A stretch of DNA of 64,000 nt, taken from assembly GCA_042216675.1 (NCBI GenBank), contig JBDGTS010000016.1, positions 1 through 64,000 on the forward strand, written 5' to 3'. Of the stretch, positions 38,342 through 50,649 are shown piece after piece. The position numbers and the translations under genes are program-made. The notes beneath the pieces were generated by a model, which made no database searches, had not been told where the DNA came from, and saw only the letters and a list, made by a program, of their open reading frames with translations. Origin of the DNA: Halobacteriaceae archaeon. GTDB lineage: Archaea; Halobacteriota; Halobacteria; Halobacteriales; Halobacteriaceae. Numbering within the stretch: position 1 is the stretch's first letter; each line of letters starts with the position of its first letter.

Positions 38342-38591
38342 GGGGTCCACCTCCGCGTGGTCGGTGTTGTCGAATGCATAATAGAGTACCCGTTGATCCG
38401 GGCGCTATCAGTTGCACGTCCCTCCACGCACGTATAACGCTCGCATTCCCGCACGCCCTGCCTTTGCTCCCGGTTCTCCACAGAAGATGCCGGCGTCGAT
38501 GACGCCACTCTGAGTGAATACTCTCTGCTGATGACTCAACGGTGGACAAATCACCGCTCGCTCCGAAAACCCTGTCTCGTCGATGGCGGCG

Positions 38592-39704
38592 CTACTTGCC
38601 GCCATCTGCGACGCGACGGAAGCGCTCGCCGGCGTCGTCGTCGGCCCGAATCGCGTCCCAGACCCGGTCGGAAATCCACTCGTTGCCGGAGTCGGCGCCC
38701 GCGTCGGGCAGGTAGCGGTCGTGGACCGGCAGTCGCTCGCGGAGGGGGACCCCCGCCTCCTCGGCGATGGTCTCTAACTCCCGGACTGCGGGCCACTTGT
38801 GGTCGGGGTTGATGTGGTCGTCGGTCACCGGCGAGACGCCGCCGAGGTCGTCGACGCCGCAGTCGAGGACGTTCCTCACCGGCGCGAGGTTCGGGGGCAC
38901 CTGCACGGACACGTCGTCCGGCAGGGCCGCCCGCGACATCGCCGTCGCGCGGCGCAGGTCCTCGACGTCCGGCGTGGGGCCGCCCCAGCGTTCGTTCTCG
39001 ACGACGGGTTGGACGATGACCTCCTGCACGTGACCGTAGCGCTCGTGCATCTCGCGGATGGCCAGTAGACTCTCGGCCCTGTCGCGCCAGTCCTCGCCGA
39101 TGCCGACGAGGATGCCCGTCGTGAACGGCATTCCGAGTTCGCCCGCGGTGCGGATGGTGTTCAGGCGCTGGCCGGGGTTCTTGGCTCGCGGGCCGCCGTG
39201 GGCCTGCACCTCGGCCGTCGTCTCCAGCATGACGCCCATGCTGGGGTTCAGGTCGGCGATTTTCGCCATCTCCGCGCGGGTCTGGTCGCCGGGGTTCGAG
39301 TGCGGGAGCAGCCCCTCTTCGAGTGCCACTTCGCTCGCGGCCCGGAGGTAGTCGTGGATAGAGTCGTAGCCCCACTCCGCCAGTTGGGCGTGAATCTCCG
39401 TGTACCGGTCGTCGGGGTCGTCGCCGAACGTGAACAGCGCCTCCGTACAGCCGCGCTCGGCGCCGGTGCGGCAGATGTCGCGCACCTCCTCCAAGGAGAG
39501 GAGGCTGGCCTGCCCCGGCGGGTCGTAGTAGGTACAGTAGGTGCAGGTGTAGCGACACGCCGTCGTCAGGGGGACGAAGACGTTGCGGGCGAACGTGAGT
39601 TCGTCCGCCGCCTCGACGTCGGCCGGCGTCACGTCGAGCAGACGCTCCACCTCGTGCGACGGCAGTTCGACGTCGACGCCGTACTCGTCGGCCCCCGGAA
39701 TCAT
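38592..39704 (-). CDS. cofG: FO synthase subunit CofG
   Basis: NVFVPLTTACRYTCTYC, LPHSNPG, SMGVMLET, PFTTGILVGIGE, VQVPPNL, DDLGGVSPVT.DHINP. Confidence 0.95.
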   Translation of the reverse strand: MIPGADEYGVDVELPSHEVERLLDVTPADVEAADELTFARNVFVPLTTACRYTCTYCTYYDPPGQASLLSLEEVRDICRTGAERGCTEALFTFGDDPDDRYTEIHAQLAEWGYDSIHDYLRAASEVALEEGLLPHSNPGDQTRAEMAKIADLNPSMGVMLETTAEVQAHGGPRAKNPGQRLNTIRTAGELGMPFTTGILVGIGEDWRDRAESLLAIREMHERYGHVQEVIVQPVVENERWGGPTPDVEDLRRATAMSRAALPDDVSVQVPPNLAPVRNVLDCGVDDLGGVSPVTDDHINPDHKWPAVRELETIAEEAGVPLRERLPVHDRYLPDAGADSGNEWISDRVWDAIRADDDAGERFRRVADGGK

Positions 39705-39811
39705 CGTCAGTCTCTCACCGTTCCACCCTCAAAAGCGTTCAGTTCGAGGGTTCAGTCGCTGTCTCAGTCTCCGGCACCTATTCCGTCGCGCCCGCCGACC
39801 GTCCACTTGCT

Positions 39812-40555
39812 ATGCGCCCCAGCAGCCCCGCACTCGTCGCTATCGTTCTCGTGACGCTCGTCGCCGGTGCCGGCGTCACCGTCGCTCTCACCGACGCCGG
39901 CGGGTCGCCCGCCGCGGCGGCCCAATCGGACGGCGGTCGAACCGTGTCGGTGACTGCCACCGGCACGGCGACGGCCCAGCCAAACGAGGTGGTGGTCCGT
40001 CTCACCGCCGTCGGCACCGGTCCCGACGCCGCGACGGCGCGCGACCGACTGGCACGGAACGCCTCGTCGCTCCGAGCGGCGCTCATCGACGCGGGCGTGT
40101 CCGAGGACCGGATTCGGACCGTCCGCTACGACGTCGGCCCGGAGCGGGAGAAACGCCCCCGAACCGACGACTCGGTCGCTCACTACCGCGCCGTCCACAC
40201 GTTCGCGGTGACGGTCACTGACCGCGACGCGGTGGGTGCCGTCATCGACGCCGCCGTCGCGAACGGCGCGGACGGAGTCGACGACGTGCGGTTCCGCCTC
40301 TCCGAGGAGCGACGCCGCTCGCTTCGGAAACAGGCGCTCGCCGACGCGATGGGCATCGCCCGTGGACAGGCCGCGACGCTCGCCGAGGCGGGCAATCTCA
40401 CTATCGTCGGCGTGCACGCCGTGCGCACGACCAGTACCGACTCCATCGTCGACCGCGGCGGCGCCGCGGCCGGCGACACGGCCACGAACGTCGACGTGGG
40501 ACCGGTCAGCGTCTCCGCGCGAGTCCACGTCACCTACAACGCGACGCGGGCCTGA
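39812..40555 (+). CDS. SIMPL/DUF541 exported protein
   Basis: Signal sequence, RTVSVTATG..A.P, VIDAAVANGA..V..VRF.LS, V.V.A.V.VTY. Confidence 0.88.
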   Translation: MRPSSPALVAIVLVTLVAGAGVTVALTDAGGSPAAAAQSDGGRTVSVTATGTATAQPNEVVVRLTAVGTGPDAATARDRLARNASSLRAALIDAGVSEDRIRTVRYDVGPEREKRPRTDDSVAHYRAVHTFAVTVTDRDAVGAVIDAAVANGADGVDDVRFRLSEERRRSLRKQALADAMGIARGQAATLAEAGNLTIVGVHAVRTTSTDSIVDRGGAAAGDTATNVDVGPVSVSARVHVTYNATRA

Positions 40556-41164
40556 CTACCGCTCGACGCCGACCCGCCCTTCCTCGACGGCGAGAGAGAC
40601 GCCCCGGGATTCGAGCCACTCCGTCGCGGCGCCTTCGCCGTGGATGAGCAGTTCCGCGAGGTCCCCGCGCTCGTCCACGTCCGTCGCGAGGCGGTGGGAG
40701 TCGAACTCGAAGACGCTCGCGCCGACGCGACGGGCCGCCCGCAGGTGGTCACGGTAGGAGATGCCGTGGTAGTCCACCCGGAAGTCGGGGTGGCGGGCGA
40801 CGAGTGCGTTCGTCCCGCCGCCCCGCCCCGCCGCCAACACGACGTCGCCGGGCGCGTCGAACAGGCGCCGGCACGTCTCCCCCGTCGCAAGCGCGAGGTC
40901 CGCCATCACGACGGCCACCGGGCCGTCGTCAGCTTCGAGAACGTCGTTCACGGCGTCGGTCAGCGGTCGCCGGTTCACCTCGACGGGCGCGTCCGCGGCG
41001 ATCGGTGCCGTCGCGAGAACCGTCGGGTCGGCGCCGGCACTTTGCACCGCGTCGAGGACGTCGGCGAGCATCGCGTCGGCGAACGACCGGCGCTCCGCGG
41101 GCGAAAACACGTCCGCGAGTCGGGTTTTCGGGTCCGCCGCGTCGAACGGCACCACGGCGCGCAT
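40556..41164 (-). CDS. cofC: 2-phospho-L-lactate/PEP guanylyltransferase
   Basis: VVPF...PKTRL, VMADL, GRGGGTNAL, SYRDH, DVDERGDL. Confidence 0.93.
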   Translation of the reverse strand: MRAVVPFDAADPKTRLADVFSPAERRSFADAMLADVLDAVQSAGADPTVLATAPIAADAPVEVNRRPLTDAVNDVLEADDGPVAVVMADLALATGETCRRLFDAPGDVVLAAGRGGGTNALVARHPDFRVDYHGISYRDHLRAARRVGASVFEFDSHRLATDVDERGDLAELLIHGEGAATEWLESRGVSLAVEEGRVGVER

Positions 41165-41171
41165 CGACGAC

Positions 41172-41951
41172 TCAGCCGAGTTCGTCGTACTCTTCGCCGC
41201 GGTTCAGGTACCAGTAGACGCCGCCCGCCAACAGCAGCAACACGACGATGCCCGCCCCGACGAGGAGCAGGGTGTTTTGCTGTTCGGTGGACTGCTTGGC
41301 GTTCTGGGCCTTGGTCTCGGCTTCTTCGGCCAGCGTCGCGGCGTTGTCGAAGTTCTCGCCGTTGTAGGCGTCGATGGCGCTCTGGAGGGTCTCCTTCGCG
41401 CCGGAGACGCCCGCACCGGCGTCGCTCGCGTTCTCGATGGCGTCGCTCGCGTTCTCGATGGCGTTGCGCGCCTGCCGGCTGTCGGTCGTCTCGGGCCGCG
41501 CGGTGTCCGTCTTGATGTCGGTGACGGCGTTGCCCTGTACCCGGTCGAACGTGGCGAGCGTGACGTTCTGTGCCGGCTGGTACGTGAAGTTCGCCGGCCG
41601 CTCGACGGTGCCCTGAAGCCGGATGACGACTTTCGTCGTGCTTCCGCCGATGGCCTGCGTGAAGTTCGACTCGGTCACCGTCCGGTTGTCGCCGATCTGG
41701 TTCCCCTGATTGTCGTACGTGGCGATGGTCCACGTCGGCTGTGCGAGTTCGGTCGATACGCGAAGCGTCCAGTTGTCGGAGGTAGCAGAGTAGAGGTCAG
41801 TGAGCGTGTAGGTCACGTCGACCTCGCTGCCGACGTCGACGGTGTCGGCCGCCGGCGACTCGGTGACCGTCGTCGCGACTGCCGGCGTCGCGACGACCGC
41901 GAGAAGGACCACTACCGCCAGTCCGAGTTTAGAATAGTGACTCCAGCTCAT
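41172..41951 (-). CDS. Exported, C-terminally anchored protein downstream of cetZ
   Basis: Signal peptide, beta-rich domain, helical stalk, C-terminal TM; start overlaps the cetZ 3' end. Confidence 0.8.
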   Translation of the reverse strand: MSWSHYSKLGLAVVVLLAVVATPAVATTVTESPAADTVDVGSEVDVTYTLTDLYSATSDNWTLRVSTELAQPTWTIATYDNQGNQIGDNRTVTESNFTQAIGGSTTKVVIRLQGTVERPANFTYQPAQNVTLATFDRVQGNAVTDIKTDTARPETTDSRQARNAIENASDAIENASDAGAGVSGAKETLQSAIDAYNGENFDNAATLAEEAETKAQNAKQSTEQQNTLLLVGAGIVVLLLLAGGVYWYLNRGEEYDELG

Positions 41952-43110
41952 CTTCGTCGTCTTCAACAAGGTCCTTCAAGTTCTCTTCGCTTTCCGCCTT
42001 GATCTCGTCGATGTTGTCCTGCGCCTCGATTGCGACCTGCTGTAGCTCCTTGATGCGCGGGACGTTCGTCACGCCCGAGAGCAGGACGACGGACGCGACC
42101 TGATTGGAGTTCCGGACGGGGTAGTCGCCGCCACGGACCTCCATCGACCCGGTCTGCTCTTCGAGCCACTTCCGGCCGCGTTCGATGCCTTTCCGATTGA
42201 GGTAGGCCGACGGTCCCGCGGTGACCAACAGCGCGCGCTCCGCGCCGTCGATTTCACAGGGCAGGGTGAGGCGGCCCAGCGCCGCCTTCCGGACGAGGCT
42301 GGTGATGCGGTTCGTGGTCGCCGCGGCGTCTTCGGGTTTGGCGTCGTCGTCGCCCGTGAACCGGGAGAGGAGACCGCCGGAGGATTCCTCCGCCTCGATG
42401 CCCTCGGAGGCGTAGCCGATGGTCGAGACGCCGCCGCCCGAGAGCGTGTTGATGATCTCGCTGGAGTCGACGACGGACTCGGCCACTTCGCTCCCCTCGT
42501 CGATTTCGCCGGCGCCGAAGAGGACGCCGAACCGGGTAACGATCTCCTGATTGATCTCTTCGTAGCCGCCCTCCATCGACTCGCCGGACTGCCGCCACGC
42601 GTCGTTGTCGAACACGAGGAGGTTGTCCACCTCGCGGACGAACGTCTGGAACGACCGGGCCGCGTTCAGCGTGTAGATGCCGCCCTCGTCGCCGCCGGGA
42701 AGGACGCCGAGTCCGTACACCGGCTCCGTGTAGATGCGCTTGAGATACTTCGCGAGCACCGGTGCGCCGCCGCTTCCGGTGCCGCCACCGAGACCCGCGA
42801 TGATGAGGAACGCGTCGATTTCGTGAACGGGGATGCCGTCGATTGCCCCCATCACTTCGTCGCGGTCCTCCTCGGCGATTTCCGCGCCGAGTTCGTTGTC
42901 AGCCCCGACGCCGTGCCCCTTGACTCTGGACTGCCCGATGAGCACCCGGTTCTCCTCGGGTACGTGGTCGAGTCCCATCAGGTCGGCCCGGGCCGTGTTC
43001 ACCGCGACGGCTGCCTGTACGATGCCGGCGTCGTGTCGCCGGTCGTACTCGAGGAACTTGTCGAGGATCTTTCCCCCCGCCTGTCCGAACCCGATCATCG
43101 CGAGTTTCAT
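41929..43110 (-). CDS. cetZ1: Tubulin/FtsZ-superfamily cell-shape protein CetZ (CetZ1 type)
   Basis: MKLAMIGFGQAGGKI, GGGTGSG signature, FDNDAW, acidic C-terminus LESLF; adjacent to cofC. Confidence 0.93.
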   Translation of the reverse strand: MKLAMIGFGQAGGKILDKFLEYDRRHDAGIVQAAVAVNTARADLMGLDHVPEENRVLIGQSRVKGHGVGADNELGAEIAEEDRDEVMGAIDGIPVHEIDAFLIIAGLGGGTGSGGAPVLAKYLKRIYTEPVYGLGVLPGGDEGGIYTLNAARSFQTFVREVDNLLVFDNDAWRQSGESMEGGYEEINQEIVTRFGVLFGAGEIDEGSEVAESVVDSSEIINTLSGGGVSTIGYASEGIEAEESSGGLLSRFTGDDDAKPEDAAATTNRITSLVRKAALGRLTLPCEIDGAERALLVTAGPSAYLNRKGIERGRKWLEEQTGSMEVRGGDYPVRNSNQVASVVLLSGVTNVPRIKELQQVAIEAQDNIDEIKAESEENLKDLVEDDEDELESLF

Positions 43111-43267
43111 TATAGGTCCCGTTGAAACGAATTGAGTGCAATCAGGCTGTTAAAGGTTTTGATGCCGCACGTCAGACATCGGACGGAACAGCCGTATTCG
43201 GACGGGTGTGTGGCTAAACGCCGAAATACGCTATTGGTATAAGATATCGGAGTAATTCGTTTATGAA

Positions 43268-44146
43268 CTAATCTTTTCCGAGATACGAACGAAGCGTCCG
43301 CAGGTCGCCGGGGGCGACCCCGAACGCGTCCACGTCGTTGTCGTCAGTGGTGTTGTCGAAGCGGAGGCCCTCGAACTGGTTCGGCCCGAAGGGGAACAGC
43401 GGAAGCGATCCGCCGATTTTGAAGCCGACTTTCGTCAGCGACATCGGCACCGATACGATGCGCACGCCGTTGCGGACCAGTTTCGCCACCTCCGCGAGGG
43501 TGAGTTTCTCCGGGCCGCCGAGTTCGTACACCTCGCCGACGTGTTCGTCTGCCTCCACCGCGTCGGCCAACATCGGTGTGAGGTCACCGACCCAGATCGG
43601 CTGGAAGCGGGCCTTCTTCCCGCCGCCCGGCAGGGGCGCGAGGACCGGCGGCGTCACCGTCTTCGTGAACGAGAGGAACTCCCCGCCCTCCCCGAAGATG
43701 ACGGAGGGGCGGACGATGACCCAGTCCAGCGACGAGTCCCGGACGATCTCCTCGGCGCGCCCCTTCGCCCGGACGTACGCCGTGTCGCCGTCGGGGTCGG
43801 CACCGAGGGCGCTCATCTGCACGATGCGGTCGAGGCCGTGTTCCTCGGCGGCGCGCACGACGTTCTCGGTGCCGTGCCGGTGGACCTCGTCGTGCATCTT
43901 CGCGCCGCCCGAGGGCTGAAACAGCGGTGACAGAGCCACGAGGTTCACCACGGCGTCCTGGCCCTCGAAGGCGTCCGCGATTGACTCGTAGGCCGTCACG
44001 TCTCCCATCGCCGTCTCGACGCCGGACGGGAAGTCGGCGTCGTCCGGGTCCCGCGACAGGGCCGTCACCTCGTGCCCCCGGTCGGCGAGTTCGCGGCAGA
44101 GGTGCGTCCCGACGAATCCGGTCCCGCCCGTGACGAGTATCTGCAT
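43268..44146 (-). CDS. NAD-dependent epimerase, complex I NDUFA9-like family
   Basis: ILVTGGTGFVG, QMSALGA, Y.RAKG.AE, RPSVIFG, FQPIWV. Confidence 0.9.
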   Translation of the reverse strand: MQILVTGGTGFVGTHLCRELADRGHEVTALSRDPDDADFPSGVETAMGDVTAYESIADAFEGQDAVVNLVALSPLFQPSGGAKMHDEVHRHGTENVVRAAEEHGLDRIVQMSALGADPDGDTAYVRAKGRAEEIVRDSSLDWVIVRPSVIFGEGGEFLSFTKTVTPPVLAPLPGGGKKARFQPIWVGDLTPMLADAVEADEHVGEVYELGGPEKLTLAEVAKLVRNGVRIVSVPMSLTKVGFKIGGSLPLFPFGPNQFEGLRFDNTTDDNDVDAFGVAPGDLRTLRSYLGKD

Positions 44147-44220
44147 GAGTCCACGAACGCTCGCACGGCCCCTAAAACTACCGCGACACTGTAATGTGTC
44201 CCCCGGAGCCACAGAACGGT

Positions 44221-44802
44221 ATGCTCGTCACGCTCGAAGGCATCGACGGGAGCGGAAAGACGACGGCGTGGGACCATCTCCGCGAGACGCGTGTCGACGC
44301 CGCCACGTTCACCCGCGAGCCCACGGAGTCGTGGTACGGCGACGCGGTGCGGCGCTCCATCGACGCCGACGACGCGGACCCGCTGGCGGAACTGTTTCTC
44401 TACACCGCCGACCACGCCGACCACCTCTCGCGGCGGATTCGCCCCGCCCTCGAACGGGGGGAGACGGTCGTTTCGGACCGCTACTCGGACTCCCGCTACG
44501 CGTATCAGGCCGTCGCGCTCGACGGCGTCGTCGAGGACCCGATGGCGTACGTCAAGCGGGTCCACGAGCCGTGGACGCGGCCGCCGGACCGCACGCTCTA
44601 CTTCGACGTGGACGCGGAGACGGGCGCGGAGCGCGCGGGCGTCACGAACAAGTTCGAGACGGCCGAGTTCCTCCGTGAGGTCCGTGAGCGCTACGAGGAC
44701 CTCCGCGCCGCGGAACCGGAGCGATTCGTCCGCATCGACGGCCACCAGCCGCTCCCGGACGTCCTCGACGACGTGGAGGACGCCCTCGCGGACGTCCTCT
44801 GA
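44221..44802 (+). CDS. tmk: Thymidylate kinase
   Basis: [27 protein letters not shown]. Confidence 0.95.
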   Translation: MLVTLEGIDGSGKTTAWDHLRETRVDAATFTREPTESWYGDAVRRSIDADDADPLAELFLYTADHADHLSRRIRPALERGETVVSDRYSDSRYAYQAVALDGVVEDPMAYVKRVHEPWTRPPDRTLYFDVDAETGAERAGVTNKFETAEFLREVRERYEDLRAAEPERFVRIDGHQPLPDVLDDVEDALADVL

Positions 44803-44803
44803 G

Positions 44804-45142
44804 TCACTGGGCGGGAACCTCGACGTCCTCGGGCGGCGGGAGCCAGAACACGTCCAACGAGACGCCCAGCGACAGCGGGACGCCCCAGAAGAAGACGAGC
44901 AGGGTCCCTTGGTCCAAGTCGAGGCCGCTCCCGACTCCCAGCGCGCCGAAGACGATGAGTGCCGTCACCACGTAGACGAGCGGAACGAGCAGGGCCGTGT
45001 ACACCACCGGACCCCAGCGAGTCGCGAGCTGGAGGCGGAAGAAGCGCACCGACACGCCGGCGATGACCGTGTTCAGCGCCACCAAGCCGAGGAGCGCGAC
45101 GGCCGTCACCGCCTGTCCGATGGTGGAGAGCGGGATGGGCAT
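44804..45142 (-). CDS. Small membrane protein
   Basis: 112 aa, 3 TM segments, RFFRLQL.TRWG. Confidence 0.75.
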   Translation of the reverse strand: MPIPLSTIGQAVTAVALLGLVALNTVIAGVSVRFFRLQLATRWGPVVYTALLVPLVYVVTALIVFGALGVGSGLDLDQGTLLVFFWGVPLSLGVSLDVFWLPPPEDVEVPAQ

Positions 45143-45362
45143 GGCCGTCCCTTGGGACTCGTGTGGTTTTGCCGTGTCGGTCCGCGCCGCGGATGACGTC
45201 GTCGGCGGAGACGCTCGGTGCGACTAAACCACACCTCTGTTTCTGAACCGCTAACTTTTTCTTGGCGGATGGCAACTAAAAATCGAAGTGACTCCTAATG
45301 GCGCCTGAAACAGAGTACGCGCGCGGCCCGGACTGCTCCCTGATCACGGCCACGTGGGGTGA

Positions 45363-47528
<2,166 letters not shown>

Positions 47529-47535
47529 CCGCGTC

Positions 47536-47766
47536 TCAGTTCAGCGAGACGTACGTTCGGGTCTCCTCGACGCCGTCGAGGTGCCCGATTTCCGACGCCG
47601 CCGCGTCCAGCACGTCGTACACTTCGTCGCCGTCGACTTCCGCGATGAGGTCGTACGTGCCCGCGACGACGTGCGCCTCCCGCACCGCGTCGAGGGCAGT
47701 CACGACGCTGAAGACGGCCTCTGCCTCACCGGCGGCGGTGGTGACCATGACGAATGCGCGGACCAT
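47536..47766 (-). CDS. Lrp/AsnC ligand-binding-domain protein
   Basis: MVRAFVMV...AHVVAGTYDLIAEV...TRTYV. Confidence 0.88.
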   Translation of the reverse strand: MVRAFVMVTTAAGEAEAVFSVVTALDAVREAHVVAGTYDLIAEVDGDEVYDVLDAAASEIGHLDGVEETRTYVSLN

Positions 47767-47810
47767 CGTCCGTGGCTTCAGGCGGTGCCGAGATAAGCCT
47801 TGGTGCGCCG

Positions 47811-49148
47811 TCAGGACACCACGCCGACGTCGTCGTCTGCCGTCAGTTTGTCCCCGTTCGCGTCGCGGACGAACTGCACGTCGTTCGCGCCGCCCACGTC
47901 GTCCAGATATTTGAGATAGCCGTTCGTGCCGACGTAGACGAGTTCGGGCGCGCCGTCGCAGTCCACGTCCGCGGCGGTGGCCGGCGCCTTCGCCGCGTCC
48001 GTGGCGTCGACGTTCGTCGAGTCGGCGGCTTCGGCCAGTTTTGCGTCGTTGCTCCCGTCCACGCCCACCGCTCGCTCGGTGCCGTCGCCGTCGAAGTCCG
48101 CGAACTGTCCGCCGCCGAGGCCGTCGTTCGACCCGAGTTGCCCCTCGTCGAACTTCTCGATGGCGCCGGAGGGTTCGACGAACCGGAGCCACTGGCTCCC
48201 GTCCACGAAGACGAGTTCGTCGGTGCCGTCGCCGTCGACGTCACCCGGACCGAGGACGGCGCTGACACCGTCACTGGGATCCGCGACGGCCGTCGGCGAC
48301 CCGCCCGGCGCGACCCGGAACAGTTTGTCCGTGCTGTCGCCGGCGTAGAACACCCCACGATTGCCGTTCCACGTCCCCGCCGCGACGAGCGTCTTCGACT
48401 CCACGGGCGCGGCGGCGGCCGTGTCCTCGACGAGGACGCGCGTCGTGCCCTTGCTCTCGGTCAGGGCGAGGTCGCCGTCCAGCGTCACGATCGGCAGTTC
48501 CGCGTTCCCGTCGCCGTCGGCGTCGCCGAGACGCCCGAGGGCGGAAACGTCGGGATAGCCGGTCGTGACGGTGCCGTCGCACGCGATGGCCCGCACCCCG
48601 TTCGGCCCGTCGGCGACGATGGTGCCCGACTGGTCGAACAGCGGTGGTTCGGGCGGGACGACCCTCGTCATCACGTGACGGCCGATGAACGTCCCCGTCG
48701 GCTGGTTCGGCGCGTACCAGAGAATCCGAACCACGTCGCCCTGCGTGAAGTTGAACGGTACCGAGGCGTCGCCGGTGCGGTTCCCCCGCGCGTCGTCGAT
48801 GACGAACCGGTCCCCGTGGGTTATCGCGCCCCCCGCGGCCGCGGTCCCGGTCTCGGTCATCCACCGCCGCGTCGCCGCCCCGTTCTCGCCGTCGATGACG
48901 ACCAGCAGGCGGCCCGTGTTCTCCGGCGTAATATCCTCCCCGCCGAGGTGGACGATGGTGAGCGTCCCTCTGTTCGAGTTGTACTCGTAGCCGAGGACTG
49001 GATCGGGGGCGACCGGCTCGAGGGCCGCCAGTTCCATCACCATCGTCCCGACGGTGGCCACGAGCATCGCCACGATGACGATGAGGAGCGCCACCCCCAC
49101 GACTGGCGAGACGGCGCGCTCGCTCCCGTCCCGCCACCGTGGCACCAT
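47811..49148 (-). CDS. Type IV pilin-like protein with C-terminal FG-GAP/VCBS-like repeats
   Basis: Class III signal RA|VSPVVGVALLIVIV, TLTIVHLGGE pilin motif, repeats GDADGDGNAEL, GDVDGDGTDELVF, ADFDGDG, ADVDCDGAPELVY. Confidence 0.85.
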   Translation of the reverse strand: MVPRWRDGSERAVSPVVGVALLIVIVAMLVATVGTMVMELAALEPVAPDPVLGYEYNSNRGTLTIVHLGGEDITPENTGRLLVVIDGENGAATRRWMTETGTAAAGGAITHGDRFVIDDARGNRTGDASVPFNFTQGDVVRILWYAPNQPTGTFIGRHVMTRVVPPEPPLFDQSGTIVADGPNGVRAIACDGTVTTGYPDVSALGRLGDADGDGNAELPIVTLDGDLALTESKGTTRVLVEDTAAAAPVESKTLVAAGTWNGNRGVFYAGDSTDKLFRVAPGGSPTAVADPSDGVSAVLGPGDVDGDGTDELVFVDGSQWLRFVEPSGAIEKFDEGQLGSNDGLGGGQFADFDGDGTERAVGVDGSNDAKLAEAADSTNVDATDAAKAPATAADVDCDGAPELVYVGTNGYLKYLDDVGGANDVQFVRDANGDKLTADDDVGVVS

Positions 49149-49275
49149 GTGACGCCGATATGGCGGCTACACGGGTCCATCTCCGCCCAAATATTGTTGG
49201 CGGCGATTAGGCTCCGGGCGTCTCCGCCGCGCCGTCGCAAACTTATATGCCGCGGGGCGGCGAACAGGGACGTAC

Positions 49276-49944
49276 ATGCAACTTGTTATCATCGGTGCAG
49301 GTCGGGTCGGGATGCGCACGGCCCGCGTTCTCAAGAACGAGGGGCACGACGTAATCGTCGTCGACAACGACCCCGCGAAGGTCGAACGCGCCGAGGAGGA
49401 CGGCTTCGAGGCCATCGAGGGCGACGGCTCCAGCGAGGACGTCCTCGAACAGGCCGGCCTCGACGAGGCGGACGCGGTGGGCGCACTCACGGGCGACCTG
49501 AACGTGAACTTCGTCGTCTGCATGGTCGCCAAACACCACGGCTGTCGCACCGTCCTCCGCATCGACGAGGACTACCGCGAGGAAATCTACCGCCAGTACG
49601 CCGACGAGGTGGACGAAATCGTCTACCCCGAGCGACTGGGCGCCATCGGCGCGAAGAATGCGCTTCTGGGTGGGAACGTCACCGCCATCGCGGACCTCGC
49701 CGAACATCTGCAGGTGGTCCAGTTCACCGTCACCGAGGAGGCACCCATGCACGGCTACACCATCAGCGAACTCGAACTCCCCTCCGACGCGCGCATCCTC
49801 GCCATCGGGAAGCGAAGCGAGTCCTTGAGTCTGCCGCTCCCTGACGACACGCTCGAAGTCGGTGACCGCATCGCCGTTCTCTCGAACTTCGAGGCGCTGG
49901 ACTCGGTGCGCCAGATTCTCGTCGGCGACGGTGGGGGTGCGTGA
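49276..49944 (+). CDS. trkA: TrkA-family (RCK) potassium uptake regulatory protein
   Basis: IIGAGRVG NAD-binding RCK_N domain plus TrkA_C domain. Confidence 0.92.
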   Translation: MQLVIIGAGRVGMRTARVLKNEGHDVIVVDNDPAKVERAEEDGFEAIEGDGSSEDVLEQAGLDEADAVGALTGDLNVNFVVCMVAKHHGCRTVLRIDEDYREEIYRQYADEVDEIVYPERLGAIGAKNALLGGNVTAIADLAEHLQVVQFTVTEEAPMHGYTISELELPSDARILAIGKRSESLSLPLPDDTLEVGDRIAVLSNFEALDSVRQILVGDGGGA

Positions 49945-50177
49945 CGATGGTCGTCGCCTACATCCTCGTGAAGGCCAGCACCGGCGAGGCCGAACGCGTT
50001 CGGGACGAACTCGCCGCCGTCGAGGGCGTCGAGGACGTCCACATCGTCGCCGGCGACGTGGACTTTATCGCCCGCGTCAGCGTGGAGAATCCGGCCGCAG
50101 TCCGTCAGATTGCCGCCACCGGGTTCCAGGGCATCGCGGGCGTCGCGGACACCGAGACCTACATCGCGATGGAGTAG
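49941..50177 (+). CDS. Lrp/AsnC ligand-binding-domain protein
   Basis: MVVAYILVK...HIVAGDVDFIA...TETYIAM; GTGA overlap with trkA (alternative ATG 49947). Confidence 0.88.
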   Translation: MTMVVAYILVKASTGEAERVRDELAAVEGVEDVHIVAGDVDFIARVSVENPAAVRQIAATGFQGIAGVADTETYIAME

Positions 50178-50627
50178 TCAGGCGTCGCCGCCGTGGCGGC
50201 GCGCCCGTTGGCGCATCGCCGCCACCGCTTCGACGTAGTCGTAGCCCGGGATGAGTCCCTGAAACCACGTCCCCTCGACGTAGTTCACCACGGCCAGCGC
50301 TTCCTCTGCCGGGTCGTTCCCCGGCGCGAAGGACGTTTCCACGACGACGGTCTCTCCCTCCCGGCGCACGTCGGGTGTCGCCACCTCGTCGGTGCGGGTG
50401 ACGCCGGTCACACCGTCGAGGCGTCGCTCCAGCGTCTCGAACCACCCCTCCGCGACGGCGTCGCCCACCTCGCCCTCGACGGCCGCCTCGATGGCCGGGA
50501 CCTCGCACACGACGGTCCAGCGGTCCGACTCGGGGTCGACGCGCGCCTCGAACTCCGCCGTGGTCACGCGGTACGTGCCGTCCGCGGCCTCGAACTCGTC
50601 GGCTGTCGCCAGTGCGGGATGGGTCAT
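50178..50627 (-). CDS. Conserved haloarchaeal hypothetical protein (DUF5813-like)
   Basis: V.EGWFETLERRL and YVEGTWFQGLIPGYDY motifs. Confidence 0.75.
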   Translation of the reverse strand: MTHPALATADEFEAADGTYRVTTAEFEARVDPESDRWTVVCEVPAIEAAVEGEVGDAVAEGWFETLERRLDGVTGVTRTDEVATPDVRREGETVVVETSFAPGNDPAEEALAVVNYVEGTWFQGLIPGYDYVEAVAAMRQRARRHGGDA

Positions 50628-50649
50628 CGCGTCCGGGTAGGCGACCCGG

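Noticed and set aside
38408-38446. Cys-containing mini-ORF MRALYVRGGTCN as a cysteine-sensing leader
   Set aside because: It overlaps the likely TATA box, so it probably lies upstream of the transcript, and it has only one Cys codon.
41420-41461. 21-bp tandem duplication (AIENASD x2)
   Set aside because: Ordinary heptad duplication in a coiled-coil stalk.
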